Below, piece after piece: positions 11,229 to 25,015 of a stretch of DNA of 60,243 nt. Both the position numbers and the translations under genes were made by a program. This DNA comes from Nemertoderma westbladi (lineage: Eukaryota > Animalia > Xenacoelomorpha). The notes below the pieces were generated by a model. That model worked only from the letters and a program-made list of their open reading frames with translations, did not search any database and was not told where the DNA came from. Each line of letters begins with the position of its first letter. Within the stretch, counting starts at the first letter, position 1. The DNA is taken from positions 1-60,243 of the forward strand of contig JAUCBJ010003610.1 of assembly GCA_032718475.1 (NCBI GenBank), written 5' to 3'.

Positions 11229-12306
11229 GTTAGTTCCAATAACTAACTATGTATAAAGTCATTGACTTCTAAGTCAACTGACCCTCTTTCGCATACTTAC
11301 TTACACTTCACAGTGCACGCAGACAATATTATTATCTATGTCGCTGATCCGCCTTTCCTTTTAACTCCTCATGTATATCGTTTTATTATTACTCCTTACC
11401 CTCAATTGGTAACAACATGCATTATTGTTTTGGTCAGAAAATGCCTAAACTATAACCTACTCCCTTAAAGTTTATGTTTGAATACCCACTTAACACATAT
11501 TTAGTGATTGCGCTCATGTTACGCTATTAACTCACAAATTCATGGCGATCCATCCTTATTGTAAGTGGGGCCGTTTTCTGTGAGTTTGAATAGCATGTAT
11601 TCTCCAAGGCCTACTTAATACTTCTAAATTCCTTGCGATAATATCGTTCAATTCGCCATATTTGGCTACATTTTATTACTTTATTATTACATTTTATTAC
11701 ATAGTTTTACTAGGGAATAAAAACGTTTGTGATTCATGCAATACATATTTCCATTCATTAAAAGTTCCTCTAAATCTCGCCTATCTCGCATTAAACCATT
11801 CTAGCAGTATAATATCCCGGCGTACCTACAGATTCATTCCCACTTCTCTTCCATGTAGTCCAGTCCAGCCTACAAAACGCGAGCGAAGCGAGTGAAAGTT
11901 TTTTTAACCTTGTTCAGTATTGCAAATATGAAACATTTGCAAAAACTACAGTATATTTACCCAAAGTTTTCCATGTTTGCTTTTACAAAGATCACCATTG
12001 TAAGCTGTCTGTTCTAAACTACCGAGTAGTTATTGTAGTTTGAGCACGATCCACTTTTTCTGACATTAAACGCAGTCCTTCAGCAAGGTTGAGGTAGAGG
12101 TTTCATCTACTAATTAAAATGACATATATTACATTACGCTCTCTATCAGTCTGAATGACAGCCAACCTCACACTTACAGAACAGTTACATTCAATGTATA
12201 GATTGACAATATATGAGTCATAGTCCTCAACAAACATCCACTCTTTCAAAAGTACTGAACTATTTAATGCGCGTAGATGATAAATGATTAATTTATTAAT
12301 TTCCAG

Positions 12307-15300
12307 AAGATTCGGAACCCATTTCTACAACTTATGAAAAATTCATCAACATTCAAAAAGAGATAGACTGGGGATGTATTGAGCAGTTAACCAACGATTC
12401 ATCAATTAAAAGTTTTATTAATACCGAAATGAAAGAAACACCATCACGAGAACTGAATGATTTATCAGCTGCTACCTCCATGATTACCAATGGAATTGCT
12501 AGGTTTTACTCACTTCTATTAATCCTTGGATTATTATGTTCAGCTGTGATCATGATCCAATATCTTATACAAGAGAAGGAACTCAAACTGAAGGAGTCCA
12601 TGCTGATTATGGGCCTAACTCCCTGGCTACATTGGACTGCTTGGTTCCTTCATTTCCTCTTATTGCTTACTATTGTTAATATTTTTATCACCATATTTCT
12701 CTGCGTAAATACTTATGGTTCTTCTCTTCTAGGTGAAACAGATGGGACACTTGTTTTTATTTTTCTTGAGTTTTACTTTAGCGCAACAATTTGTTTCTGT
12801 TTTTTTGTTTCAACGCTATTTTCTCATTCACGAATGGCCACCTTTATTAGTATCATTATTTGGCTTCTCGCTTTCACTGTGTTTATGATATGCGATTTTT
12901 CTTTTTATAATGATGTAAATCTTTTTGTGAAATGTTTGATCTGCCTTTTGCCTAATGCTTGTTTAGGAATGGGGTTTCGCGTAATATACATTTGGTTAAA
13001 AAGGGGATCAAGTTGCCAATGGGCAAACATCGCTTATGAAATTTCTACAGATGATAGTTTTTCTATGGGGTATGCCATAATGATGATGATTTTAGATTGT
13101 TTCATTTACATTGGTTTAACCTGGTACATTTCAAATGTTTTTCCTGGGGAATATGGCGTTCCTAAAAGATGGTACTTTCTTTGTATCCCATCATACTGGC
13201 ATTCTGAAAGGAAAAATAATTATGTTCGTTGTAACGAAAAGGTGAGTATATTGAAAGAGTACTTTGAAGACGAACCGACTCAGCTTGTCGCTGGAGTGGA
13301 GGTAAGAGGGCTATCAAAGAAATTTCCAAATACGTCCCAACCTGCCGCTGACAAGGTCACTTTCAACATGTATCCTGGAGAAATTACTGCGCTACTAGGT
13401 AAGAATGGAGCTGGTAAGACAACAACCATATCGATGCTTACTGGTTTGTTTGCTCCAACAAATGGCACAGCTCTAATTAATGGCTACGACATTCGTAGTG
13501 ATATGCCGAGAATCCGCGAGAGTTTAGGTTTCTGCCCCCAACACAACCTGCTGTTTAACACACTTACTGTAAAGGAACACTTACTCTTTTACATTGGTCT
13601 TAAAGGTTTAAGTGATAATGAGATAACAATGTCACAAATCAATGAAACACTAAACATGGTAGGACTTATGGATAAAATTGATGCTCGAGCACAAACATTA
13701 TCCGGTGGAATGAAAAGGAAGTTATCGCTAGGAATCGCTTTTATTGGTGGATCAAAAACGGTTTTCTTGGATGAACCAACAACTGGAATGGATCCTGCAG
13801 CCCGCAGGTCTACTTGGGATCTTATTGCGAAAAACAAGCAAGGTAGGACAATATTGCTAACGACACATTTTATGGAAGAGGCTGATGTGTTGGGAGATCG
13901 AATAGGGATTATAGTTAATGGGAAAATGCACTGTTTTGGATCTCCAATGTATTTAAAACGAATGTTTGGGGTAGGTTATCATATGAGTATAGTAAAAGGG
14001 CCAAGTTGTGATGTAAATCAATTAACAACCACCATTCAGTCGATTGTGCCTCATTCTTCACTGGGATCCAATGTTGCAGCAGAACTGACATACATGCTTC
14101 CGACTGAGCAGAGACACAAATTTGCCGAGTTGTTCACCAAATTGGAGAATTATAAGGAGGCTTTTGGTATAGATAGCTATGGTGCTTCTCTAACCTCCAT
14201 GGAGGAAGTCTTTCTTAATGTTGACAAAAAAGCCATACAAAGTGCCAATGAAACTATTCAGATTGATGATAATTCTCATGTAAATAAAAGTTCATGTTTA
14301 AAGTTTCTTCGAAGAAAAGAAACTGTTACATTTGAAGATGGTTATCAGAATGATAACTCCGATATTGCTGAAGTTGGTTTTGAAATAGGTGTGGAAAAGA
14401 GTTTGAAATGGCCATCAATTGGCGCCGCCAAGACAGGAATTAAAAAGTTCCTCAGTCAAGTTCGTTCTATGTTGCTCAAACGGGTAATTTATTCTCTAAG
14501 GAATCCAAGCATTTTAGTTTTACAATGTCTTATTCCTCTTTTATTAATTATTCTATTACCCATAATATCAAATACAAAAACAACAAAAGGAACGCCCCTT
14601 GTGGTGAATGGCCGCGTTATGGACATTTCTGAATATGGAATCACCAGCGCATTTTTTCAGTTTGAAGGGGAATCAACCATTCCAGCATTACACAAACTTA
14701 AACAGCTTAAACAAACTTATCCAAGATATTTGGAAAGTAAAGGTGTAAATGCTAGGAGCGTGGGCAATATAAGTTATTCTTTAGTTAAGGAAAGAGAACA
14801 AGATTTCAGCTATTATTTGAATAATTACATTTTATCGGCATCATTTAAATTTTCAAAAAAAGGCATTGACATTACTTTATTCTACAAAAAAATTGCCTAC
14901 CATTCCCAACCAATATCCTTGAATGCGTTCCACAATGCTTTGTTAAATAGTATCTTAATTTCTAAAGATAAGGCATCCAGTTCAATAACAACATATAACA
15001 AGCCTATCGTCATTGTTAATAATTCCTCGAAAGACAGAAACGTTGGTATGGAGGATAGGGAGGCCCAAATGAAGAACTCACTCCTTATTTGGGTAATCAT
15101 AATCTTGTTGATGAGCTTTTCGAGTGGGAGCTTTGTGTACTTCCTTGTTTCGGAAAGGATAAGCAATTCAAAACACATTCAATTTGTTTCTGGTGTCAGC
15201 GCGTTTAGTTTCTGGGGAACCACATTTATTTATGATTTTTTAAATTTCTTTGTAGTGGATTTATTGATTCTGTTAGTTGTTGTAGCGGCTGGTTCTGAGG

Positions 15301-16910
15301 TGTATTCAGGAGATGCTCTTGGTTTTCTATTTTTGTTGTTCATTTTTTTCTCTTTATGTAACCTGCCTTTCATGTACTTGATTCAGTATTTGTTCGGTTC
15401 TCCTGCAAAAGCGTTTACTTTCAGCACCATTCTGAATTTGATAACATTTGTGATCGTGTTGGGAATATCTTATGTAATGTCAACGATTTCCCAAGTAGGA
15501 GAAGATAGGAATAGTTATTCTGAATATATTCCTATTTCCCAGTATGAGACGTTGTTTGCATTCCTTCCTATGTTCTCTTTATTTCGAGGAATTTCGGGTA
15601 TTTCCAGCATCAGTAACGATAATGATATGCGCAATAATGGTGAAATGACACGTATGGGAAATGATGAAGAAGAAGATAAACAACCTGTAGGCTATGCAGA
15701 TTGGGATAGACCTGGAAGTGGCAAATACTTGCTCTTAATGATATTAGAAGTTGTATTGATATTGCTAATGTTGTTTTTAAGTGAATCAGGTCTTATTCGC
15801 CGATTTAAGTTGTATTTGTATCCAAAAATCTGTAAAGTTCACGATTTTGGTGCTACAGCTACCACATTCGATGACGATGTTGCCCGCGAGCGCGAAAATA
15901 TGACAATTGTTAAAAATGAAAGAACTGGCCGAGAGTTTGTTCTGTATCATTTATGCAAAGTTTACAGACAATGTTGCTGGCGTAATCCTGTCGTTGCCGC
16001 AAATAATTTATGTCTGAAAGTACCACCAGGTGAATGCTTTGGGCTATTGGGTGTCAACGGAGCAGGAAAAACCACCACGTTTAAAATTGTAACCGGAGAC
16101 TTAATGATGACTTCCGGTACGGCATACTTAGGTGGATTTAATATTCGAAATGAGTTGAGGTCTGCACAACAGTTGATGGGATATTGCCCACAATTTGATG
16201 CTTTGATTGGTCAGATGACGGGTATTGAGACAGTGGAGATGTTTGCTAGACTAAGAGGTATCGAGGAATCTAAAGTGGGACGAGTGTCTCGGAATCTATT
16301 GCGTGAGTTAGGTTTGAGACCGTACGCCAATAAATTGGCAAATACCTACAGCGGAGGAAATAAAAGGAAGCTTTGCACTGCCATAGCTGTAGTCGGCAGT
16401 CCTAAGGTGGTGTTACTCGATGAACCCACATCTGGTATGGATCCTGTGTCTAAACGATTCATATGGGATGTCCTTTGTAGGGTTCGCAATCAGGGAACAT
16501 CGATAATACTTTCAACGCATAGTATGGAAGAATGCGAGGCCCTGTGCACGCGTTTAGCTATAATGGTCAATGGTGAATTCAAGTGTTTAGGTTCACCCCA
16601 ACATCTCAAGTCAAAATTTGGACAGGGATTTTCAATCAAGGCACAAGTGAGTTCGAATAGTGATTCTCTTGCGAAAGATGTTTATACTACGAAAATGTTC
16701 ATTGAGACAAACTTTCCTGGATCGGTGTTAAAGGATGAACATCACGGATTAGTTACTTATCAAGTACGTAGCCAATCATTGTCCTGGGCCCATTTGTTTG
16801 CGACGATGGAGGGTGCACAGACTATGTTGAATTTAGAAGATTATTCTGTTTCGCAAACAACACTTGAGGAGGTTTTCTTAGCTTTTGCCAGTGATCTAAG
16901 CTCGAACTAA
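12307..16910 (+). CDS. ABCA: ABC transporter subfamily A (ABCA3-like architecture), large terminal exon with most of TMD1 plus NBD1, TMD2 and NBD2
   Basis: EKELKLKESMLIMGL; Walker A GKNGAGKT and GVNGAGKT; signatures LSGGMKRKL and YSGGNKRKL; Walker B LDEPT twice; terminal TTLEEVFL. The frame stays open upstream of ATG 12429 to the acceptor ttccag| at 12306 (…FINIQKEID…). Exact orthology not determined. Confidence 0.95.
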
Positions 16911-17340
16911 CTTGGTAGGAAATGGGTTATTTCTTCGATGTTGAATTTAGAAGATTATTATATGTTTGCAAACAACACTTAAGGATATTTCCTTAGCTCT
17001 TGCCGTTATTTCTTCAACCGACTCAAACCATCTAACCTGTGTGTGAGAATGAAAGTTGCTCAATTAAGGAGACTTTAATCATAGTTTTGATTACTCATAA
17101 ATTTTAAGCGTCGAAATTAAATTGAAATTTTACACTTTAAATTGGTTTTCACAAATACCGATATTTAAACGGAGAAGGATACAAGTTATGTTTTACTTTG
17201 ATCACTTATAGTTGTTACACTATTGTTTTATTTTCCTCAGTAAAATTTTTTTTCAGATAAAACATAAAAGAAAATGTTCGCGATTTATCATCAATAATTG
17301 TGTTCACTTTCTGCTTAGCCAAGAAATATAAAGGATACTA

Positions 17341-18155
17341 CCGGGTGTTCCATAATGAATGCCACCCCCCCCCCCCCTGACCAGCCAAAACTGTCAGACA
17401 TGCACCTTAGTGTAATATATCATTCGAAAGAGAATTTAATTCTGAGCTTGCATGCAAAAATTTAGGGTCCAATACAAAAGTATAAAAATTGTATAGGCTA
17501 TTATTTAAACCAATCTTTTTTTTCAATATTTTACAATTAAAAAAATATAATTTATCCGGCGTTAGTCATCAGCTTTAGAGCCATGTTTCCTCTTTGCAGC
17601 ACGCCGAGCTCCTCGATAGTGGCAAATGTTGGCCCTTAAAAGGGGCCGTTTTGGTTTGAGTTCAGTTTCATTATGCCACAGAATCACGTCCCTCTCTAAA
17701 AGTAACATCTCTGATTCTGTCCTACCATACGTTTTTCTTCAGAGTCATCGAAGATTGCACTGGAACCTCATTTTAATTACTTCTGTTAGGCCTAATTCAG
17801 TCAAATTACCGGTATTAATAAGTTACCGGTATTTCCGGTAACTGAATATTGTAATATAATGCAATACAGCAAAAGTCAGGCAGTAATAACTGTTTAAACA
17901 GGGCTGTAAATCTGATGACTAACGCTGGATAAATTCTATTTTTTTTAGTTGTGATTAAATCACAAATATTAAAAAGTAAGATAGGTTTAAAGAATTGCCT
18001 ATACAATTTTTATACTTTTGTATTGGACCCTAAATTTTTGCATGCAAGCTCATAATTAAATTATCTTTCGAATGATATACAACTAAAGTACATGTCTGGC
18101 AGTTTTGGCTGGCCAGGGGGGGGGGGGGGGGGGGAAATCATTATGGAACACCAGG
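17341..18155. mobile_element. Tc1/mariner-type MITE with ~200+-bp imperfect TIRs and TA TSD
   Basis: TA|CCGGGTGTTCCATAATGA ... TCATTATGGAACACCAGG|TA; the arms are reverse complements (e.g. GCATGCAAAAATTTAGGGTCCAATACAAAAG). Confidence 0.85.
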
Positions 18156-18677
18156 TACTGTAATTGAAATAATATTTATTATTTATGTGGTTAAGAATAT
18201 CGGCCATATATTGTCAATATACTACACCCACCGGGAAACTGAAATATTGATGATAAAAATCAAACAATTTCTCCAAAGTTTTATCTTCTGTAATTATTTA
18301 TTCGTGATTACAATTGATAGTGAACCATGCATGCCTACGTGATCAAAATATAATGTTACTTTCGCTGGCGGGGCATTTAATTTTTATAAATATTTGGAAT
18401 GAATTTACCTGCTAAAGATGGTGGTGGTTCTGCTAGTTTACCAGTTTTTCATCGAAAACTCTTTGATGTTGATTCTAACTCTTGGCCATTGTATAATTTC
18501 GTTTCACCCAACTTAATATAAGTTTAATTTTGATTTTTATCTGCCTTATTGATTTCGAATTTACATTTATAACCTAAACAGTCTTGTGGGTAGTCATTAC
18601 CGGTACTACTGGCGCGTATTTTAGTTTTGTTACATTACACGGATATGGATTCTATTTGGATATAAGGATAGATATGA

Positions 18678-21600
18678 GGATATGTAACGCGGTGTGTACC
18701 GGGGTGTGTATTTTAATTTATTTGTACCGCGATCAAGATATGTACCGCGGTGTGTACCGGGGTGTGTATGGGGGTGTGTACCGCGAGCAAGATATGTACC
18801 GCGGTGTGTACCAGGGTGTGTATGGGGGTGTGTACCGCGATCAAGATATGTACCGCGGTGTGTACCGGGGTGGGTATGGGGGGTGTGTACCGCGATCAAG
18901 ATATGTACCGCGGTGTGTACCGGGGTGTGTATGGGGGTGTGTACCGCGATCAAGATATGTACCACGGTGTGTACCGGGGTGTGTATGGGGTGTGTGTACC
19001 GCGATCAAGATATGTAACGCGGTGTGTACCGGGGTGTGTAGGGGGGTGTGTACTGCGATCAAGATATGTACCGCGGTGTGTACCGGGGTGTGTATGGGGG
19101 TGTGTACTGCGATCAAGATATGTAACGCGGTGTGTACCGGGGTGTGTATGGGGTGTGTGTACCGCGATCAAGATATGTACCGCGGTGTGTACCGGGGTGT
19201 GTATGGGGGTGTGTACCGCGATCAAGATATGTACCGCGGTGTGTACCGGGGTGTGTATGGGGGTGTGTACCGCGATCAAGATATGTACCGCGGTGTGTAC
19301 CGGGGTGTGTATGGGGGTGTGTACCGCGATCAAGATATGTACCGCGGTGTGTACCGGGGTGTGTATGGGGTGTGTGTACCGCGATCAAGATATGTAACGC
19401 GGTGTGTACCGGGGTGTGTAGGGGGGTGTGTACTGCGATCAAGATATGTACCGCGGTGTGTACCGGGGTGTGTATGGGGGTGTGTACTGCGATCAAGATA
19501 TGTAACGCGGTGTGTACCGGGGTGTGTATGGGGTGTGTGTACCGCGATCAAGATATGTACCGCGGTGTGTACCGGGGTGTGTATGGGGGTGTGTACCGCG
19601 ATCAAGATATGTACCGCGGTGTGTACCGGGGTGTGTATGGGGGGTGTGTACCGCGATCAAGATATGTACCGCGGTGTGTACCGGGGTGTGTATGGGGGTG
19701 TGTACCGCGATCAAGATATGTAACGCGTTGTGTACCGGTGTGTACCGCGATCAAGATATGTAACGCGGTGTGTAACGGGGTGTGTATGGGGGTGTGTACC
19801 GCGATCAAGATATGTACCGCGGTGTGTACCGGGGTGTGTATGGGGGGTGTGTACCGCGATCAAGATATGTACCGCGGTGTGTACCGGGGTGTGTATGGGG
19901 GTGTGTACCGCGATCAAGATATGTACCGCGGTGTGTACCGGGGTGTGTATGGGGGTGTGTACCGCGATCAAGATATGTAACGCGGTGTGTAACGGGGTGT
20001 GTATGGGGGTGTGTACCGCGATCAAGATATGTACCGCGGTGTGTACCGGGGTGTGTATGGGGGTGTGTACCGCGATCAAGATATGTAACGCGGTGTGTAA
20101 CGGGGTGTGTATGGGGGTGTGTACCGCGATCAAGATATGTACCGCGGTGTGTACCGGGGTGTGTATGGGGGGTGTGTACCGCGATCAAGATATGTACCGC
20201 GGTGTGTACCGGGGTGTGTATGGGGGTGTGTACCGCGATCAAGATATGTACCGCGGTGTGTACCGGGGTGTGTATGGGGGTGTGTACCGCGATCAAGATA
20301 TGTACCGCGGTGTGTACCGGGGTGTGTATGGGGGTGTGTACCGCGATCAAGATATGTAACGCGGTGTGTAACGGGGTGTGTATGGGGGTGTGTACCGCGA
20401 TCAAGATATGTACCGCGGTGTGTACCGGGGTGTGTATGGGGGTGTGTACCGCGATCAAGATATGTAACGCGGTGTGTAACGGGGTGTGTATGGGGGTGTG
20501 TACCGCGATCAAGATATGTACCGCGGTGTGTACCGGGGTGTGTATGGGGGTGTGTACCGCGATCAAGATATGTAACGCGGTGTGTAACGGGGTGTGTATG
20601 GGGGTGTGTACCGCGATCAAGATATGTACCGCGGTGTGTACCGGGGTGTGTATGGGGGTGTGTACCGCGATCAAGATATGTACCGCTAGGTGTGGGGGGG
20701 GGGTGTGTATGGGGGTGTGTACCGCGATCAAGATATGTACCGCGGTGTGTACCGGGGTGTGTATGGGGGTGTGTACCGCGATCAAGATATGTACCGCTAG
20801 GTGTGGGGGGGGGGTGTGTATGGGGGTGTGTACCGCGATCAAGATATGTACCGCGGTGTGTACCGGGGTGTGTATGGGGGTGTGTACCGCGATCAAGATA
20901 TGTACCGCGGTGTGTACCGGGGTGTGTATGGGGGTGTGTACCGCGATCAAGATATGTAACGCGGTGTGTAACGGGGTGTGTATGGGGGTGTGTACCGCGA
21001 TCAAGATATGTACCGCGGTGTGTACCGGGGTGTGTATGGGGGTGTGTACCGTGATCAAGATATGTACCGCGGTGTGTACCGGGGTGTGTATGGGGGTGTG
21101 TACCGCGATCAAGATATGTACCGCGGTGTGTACCGGGGTGTGTATGTGGGTTTGTACCGCGATCAAGATATGTACCGCGGTGTGTACCGGGGTGTGTATG
21201 GGGGTGTGTACCGCGATCAAGATATGTACCGCGGTGTGTACCGGGGTGTGTATGGGGGTGTGTACCGCGATCAAGATATGTACCGCGGTGTGTACCGGGG
21301 TGTGTATGGGGGTGTGTACCGCGATCAAGATATGTACCGCGGTGTGTACCGGGGTGTGTATGGGGGGTGTGTACCGCGATCAAGATATGTACCGCGGTGT
21401 GTACCGGGGTGTGTATGGGGGTGTGTACCGCGATCAAGATATGTACCGCGGTGTGTACCGGGGTGTGTATGGGGGTGTGTACCGTGATCAAGATATGTAC
21501 CGCGGTGTGTACCGGGGTGTGTATGGGGGGTGTGTACCGCGATCAAGATATGTACCGCTAGGTGTGGGGGGGGGGGGTGTGTATGGGGGTGTGTACCGCG

Positions 21601-22831
21601 ATCAAGATATGTACCGCGGTGTGTACCGGGGTGTGTATGGGGGTGTGTACCGCGATCAAGATATGTACCGCGGTGTGTACCGGGGTGTGTATGGGAGTGT
21701 GTACCGCGATCAAGATATGTACCGCGGTGTGTACCGGGGTGTGTATGGGGGTGTGTACCGCGATCAAGATATGTACCGCGGTGTGTACCGGGGTGTGTAT
21801 GGGGGTGTGTACCGCGATCAAGATATGTACCGCGGTGTGTACCGGGGTGTGTATGGGGGGTGTGTACCGCGATCAAGATATGTACCGCTAGGTGTGGGGG
21901 GTGGGGTGTGTATGGGGGTGTGTACCGCGATCAAGATATGTACCGCGGTGTGTACCGGGGTGTGTATGGGGGTGTGTACCGCGATCAAGATATGTACCGC
22001 GGTGTGTAACGGGGTGTGTATGGGGGTGTGTACCGCGATCAAGATATGTACCGCGGTGTGTACCGGGGTGTGTATGGGGGTGTGTACCGCGATCAAGATA
22101 TGTACCGCGGTGTGTACCGGGGTGTGTATGGGGGGTGTGTACCGCGATCAAGATATGTACCGCGGTGTGTACCGGGGTGTGTATGGGGGTGTGTACCGCG
22201 ATCAAGATATGTACCGCGGTGTGTACCGGGGTGTGTATGGGGGGTGTGTACCGCGATCAAGATATGTACCGCGGTGTGTACCGGGGTGTGTATGGGGGTG
22301 TGTACCGCGATCAAGATATGTACCGCGGTGTGTACCGGGGTGGGTATGGGGGGTGTGTACCGCGATCAAGATATGTACCGCGGTGTGTACCGGGGTGTGT
22401 ATGGGGGTGTGTACCGCGATCAAGATATGTACCGCGGTGTGTACCGGGGTGTGTATGGGGGGTGTGTACCGCGATCAAGATATGTACCGCGGTGTGTACC
22501 GGGGTGTGTATGGGGGTGTGTACCGCGATCAAGATATGTACCGCGGTGTGTACCGGGGTGTGTATGGGGGTGTGTACCGCGATCAAGATATGTACCGCGG
22601 TGTGTACCGGGGTGTGTATGGGGGTGTGTACCGCGATCAAGATATGTACCGCGGTGTGTACCGGGGTGTGTATGGGGGTGTGTGCCGCGATCAAGATATG
22701 TACCGCGGTGTGTACCGGGGTGTGTATGGGGGTGTGTACCGCGATCAAGATATGTACCGCGGTGTGTACCGGGGTGTGTATGTGGGTGTGTACCGCGATC
22801 AAGATATGTACTGCGGTGTGTACCGCGATCA
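18678..22831. repeat. 54-bp G/T-rich minisatellite (GTACCGCGATCAAGATATGTACCGCGGTGTGTACCGGGGTGTGTATGGGGGTGT), about 76 copies
   Basis: Period counted directly. Accounts for all YRDQDM, CVPRSRY, CTAIKI and VHTP ORFs. Confidence 0.98.
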
Positions 22832-23225
22832 ATTTTTATTGTTCCGCTTGAATTTTTTGGTTTATTTGTAATTAATAATTTTCGTGCAAACAAATAAATA
22901 ATATGTATTACTATATTATAAAACCCAAATGTATCTTCCAATAGGCGTTTAATTATGTACCCGGTACCGGTGCTTCTCAGATATTTCCTGTAAATATTGG
23001 GCCTACCTACGGTACCATAATTTGATTGATTGATTGGATTATATTTTATTACATTATTGTGGTTTTATTTTGATTTCACTATGATTATTATCATTGATTT
23101 CCCTTGATGCCAGTGAGATAAATTAATTGGATTTAGTATTTAATTATATTTTATTAATACGATATGTGTCAGCTTTGGAATTTGCTAATTCTTTTTTATT
23201 ATAGTTGTAGGGCGAACCACGAAGT

Positions 23226-24856
23226 TTAGGTTAGCTTTTGCTTATCTGATGTATAATTAGTGGACTGTCTGTCGTTGTCGTTGGAAATATTTGAACACAA
23301 TTTAAGTCTGTCAATCATTGATGAAACCGAACCGAACTTGGTTAACATGAAAAGTTTAGTAATTGTAATGGATTTCTCGTGCTTCTTGGCACAATAAGCT
23401 CCTAAAACGGCTTTGAATGTCAAAAAGGTTCCAGGTAGTGCTCTACTTTTGCTTAGTGTTTTGTTTTTCCGGCTAACATAAATATTTCAACTAGAACACG
23501 GTTCTCCAATGACTTGTTATTTACGGACATCCACAACTTTTCTATATAGTACAAAAACACAGTGATTTTCTGTTCTTCCCCAAATAATACCGTATATTGC
23601 TTCCTTCTAAATAAATGAAATAGCTTACTGTAACACTTGTAGAAAAACCTCTGGGACGAGGAAAAAGATAGAAACCGGATGAGGAATGCTTTGGGTCGGT
23701 TAGGATCCAAAGTATACTGTAGCCTCCAATAATCAAAAATGCAGAGAAAAATATACCGTATTTTTAGCCGTTTTGTTTTGCTAAAAATACGCCGGAAAAA
23801 ATATACAAATAAATGGCAAAGAAAATCTGATCATATTCAATTGTTGTGAAAACGTCTAATAAAATTGTAGAAAGAGGTGTAGAACGTCTGAAAAGTTATA
23901 GATAAAAGTCGTGAGAAAAGTCGTAATAAACTTGGTGCAGCTTCACGCTATTGGAACTTGGCGATAGTGCAGAACACCAGGTTACCGTCTGAGTCCAAAC
24001 AGGGGTGGCACCGATTGGACTTAAAATGTTAGCTGCAATTTGTTCTCAGACCATAGAGGATTATTTGGGCGAACCACAAATAAACGTATAGCCTGCGGAC
24101 AGTGCATCAGCACTACCATGGGCAGGAGAGCCGAGCCGGTGCCACTTTGGCCTGGTAGGCAATAGCGAGCACACAAGCGCTCCGGGCTTGTCTAGCCAAT
24201 GTGCTCAGACCAACAGCGGAACCGTCTTACGTTACTGGCGACCGCAAAGACTTTCGCAGGCCCGATTCAGCAACAAAGAGGGCCCTACAACTTGGACCAG
24301 AGCTGGCTTTTAGGCCAGATAGTACAGCAGTGCGACGCGACGGCGTTATCGTGTAAGTTACTGGCGACCGCAAAGCCTTTCGCAGGCCCGATCCAGCAAC
24401 AAATACGGCCCCAACTCAGAACAGAGCTGAGTTCTAGGCTAGGGACCTCTGCTGTACTGAGGAGCTGGGCTCAACAGTTGTGCCTGAGGCAGAGTGAAAA
24501 CTCTTGAGGTTTTAGTCCCGATGCGCCTCTATTTATAGCCTGCTGTGGGGTCAATATGGAGTTGACCTCTAATTACCACCTGCGCGCGGGTGGACTTTCT
24601 GGGCAGAGACTTTACGTTCAAACAATGTTAAATATAATTACCCAATATAATAGACCAATTGGCCAATATTGGTGCCTGGATGGAGTTTTGAAGGTGACTT
24701 GTCAATCACTCCCTACTGCTATTGGTTGGCGGTCATAGGCTGCGTACTGGGGGCCGGTGTAAGGGAAGGGATGTATTGGATAACAATGGACCCTGGATAG
24801 TGCATTGGATGGAGTGTATTGGGCGGATCAGGCAAGGCTTGACACGCCTGCCACGA
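23226..24856 (-). mobile_element. Possible decayed LTR (~23981-24856) followed by PBS-like and gag-like remnants
   Basis: On minus: CCAAT motifs, GGCTATAAATAGA (~24530), an internal ~50-bp direct repeat (24231/24356) and ...GGTAACC|TGGTGTTCTGC resembling an LTR end and PBS. No partner LTR was seen and the protein signal is weak. Confidence 0.3.
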
Positions 24857-25015
24857 CTAAGGATGTCTGGGTTGGGGCAATAAGTCGTAATGTGAGATAT
24901 GGGATAATATTCTGAGAAGAATATTTTGGTAAATATTTCCGGGATGAATATTGCGTCGAATATTTTGAGATAGATAGATAGATTTATTTATATATTATGC
25001 AAACAATAGAAACCA

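Noticed and set aside
18584-22941. Cys-rich or His-rich ORFs up to 1029 aa (metallothionein- or keratin-like look)
   Set aside because: 54-bp satellite; single-base indels switch frames freely and both strands are open.
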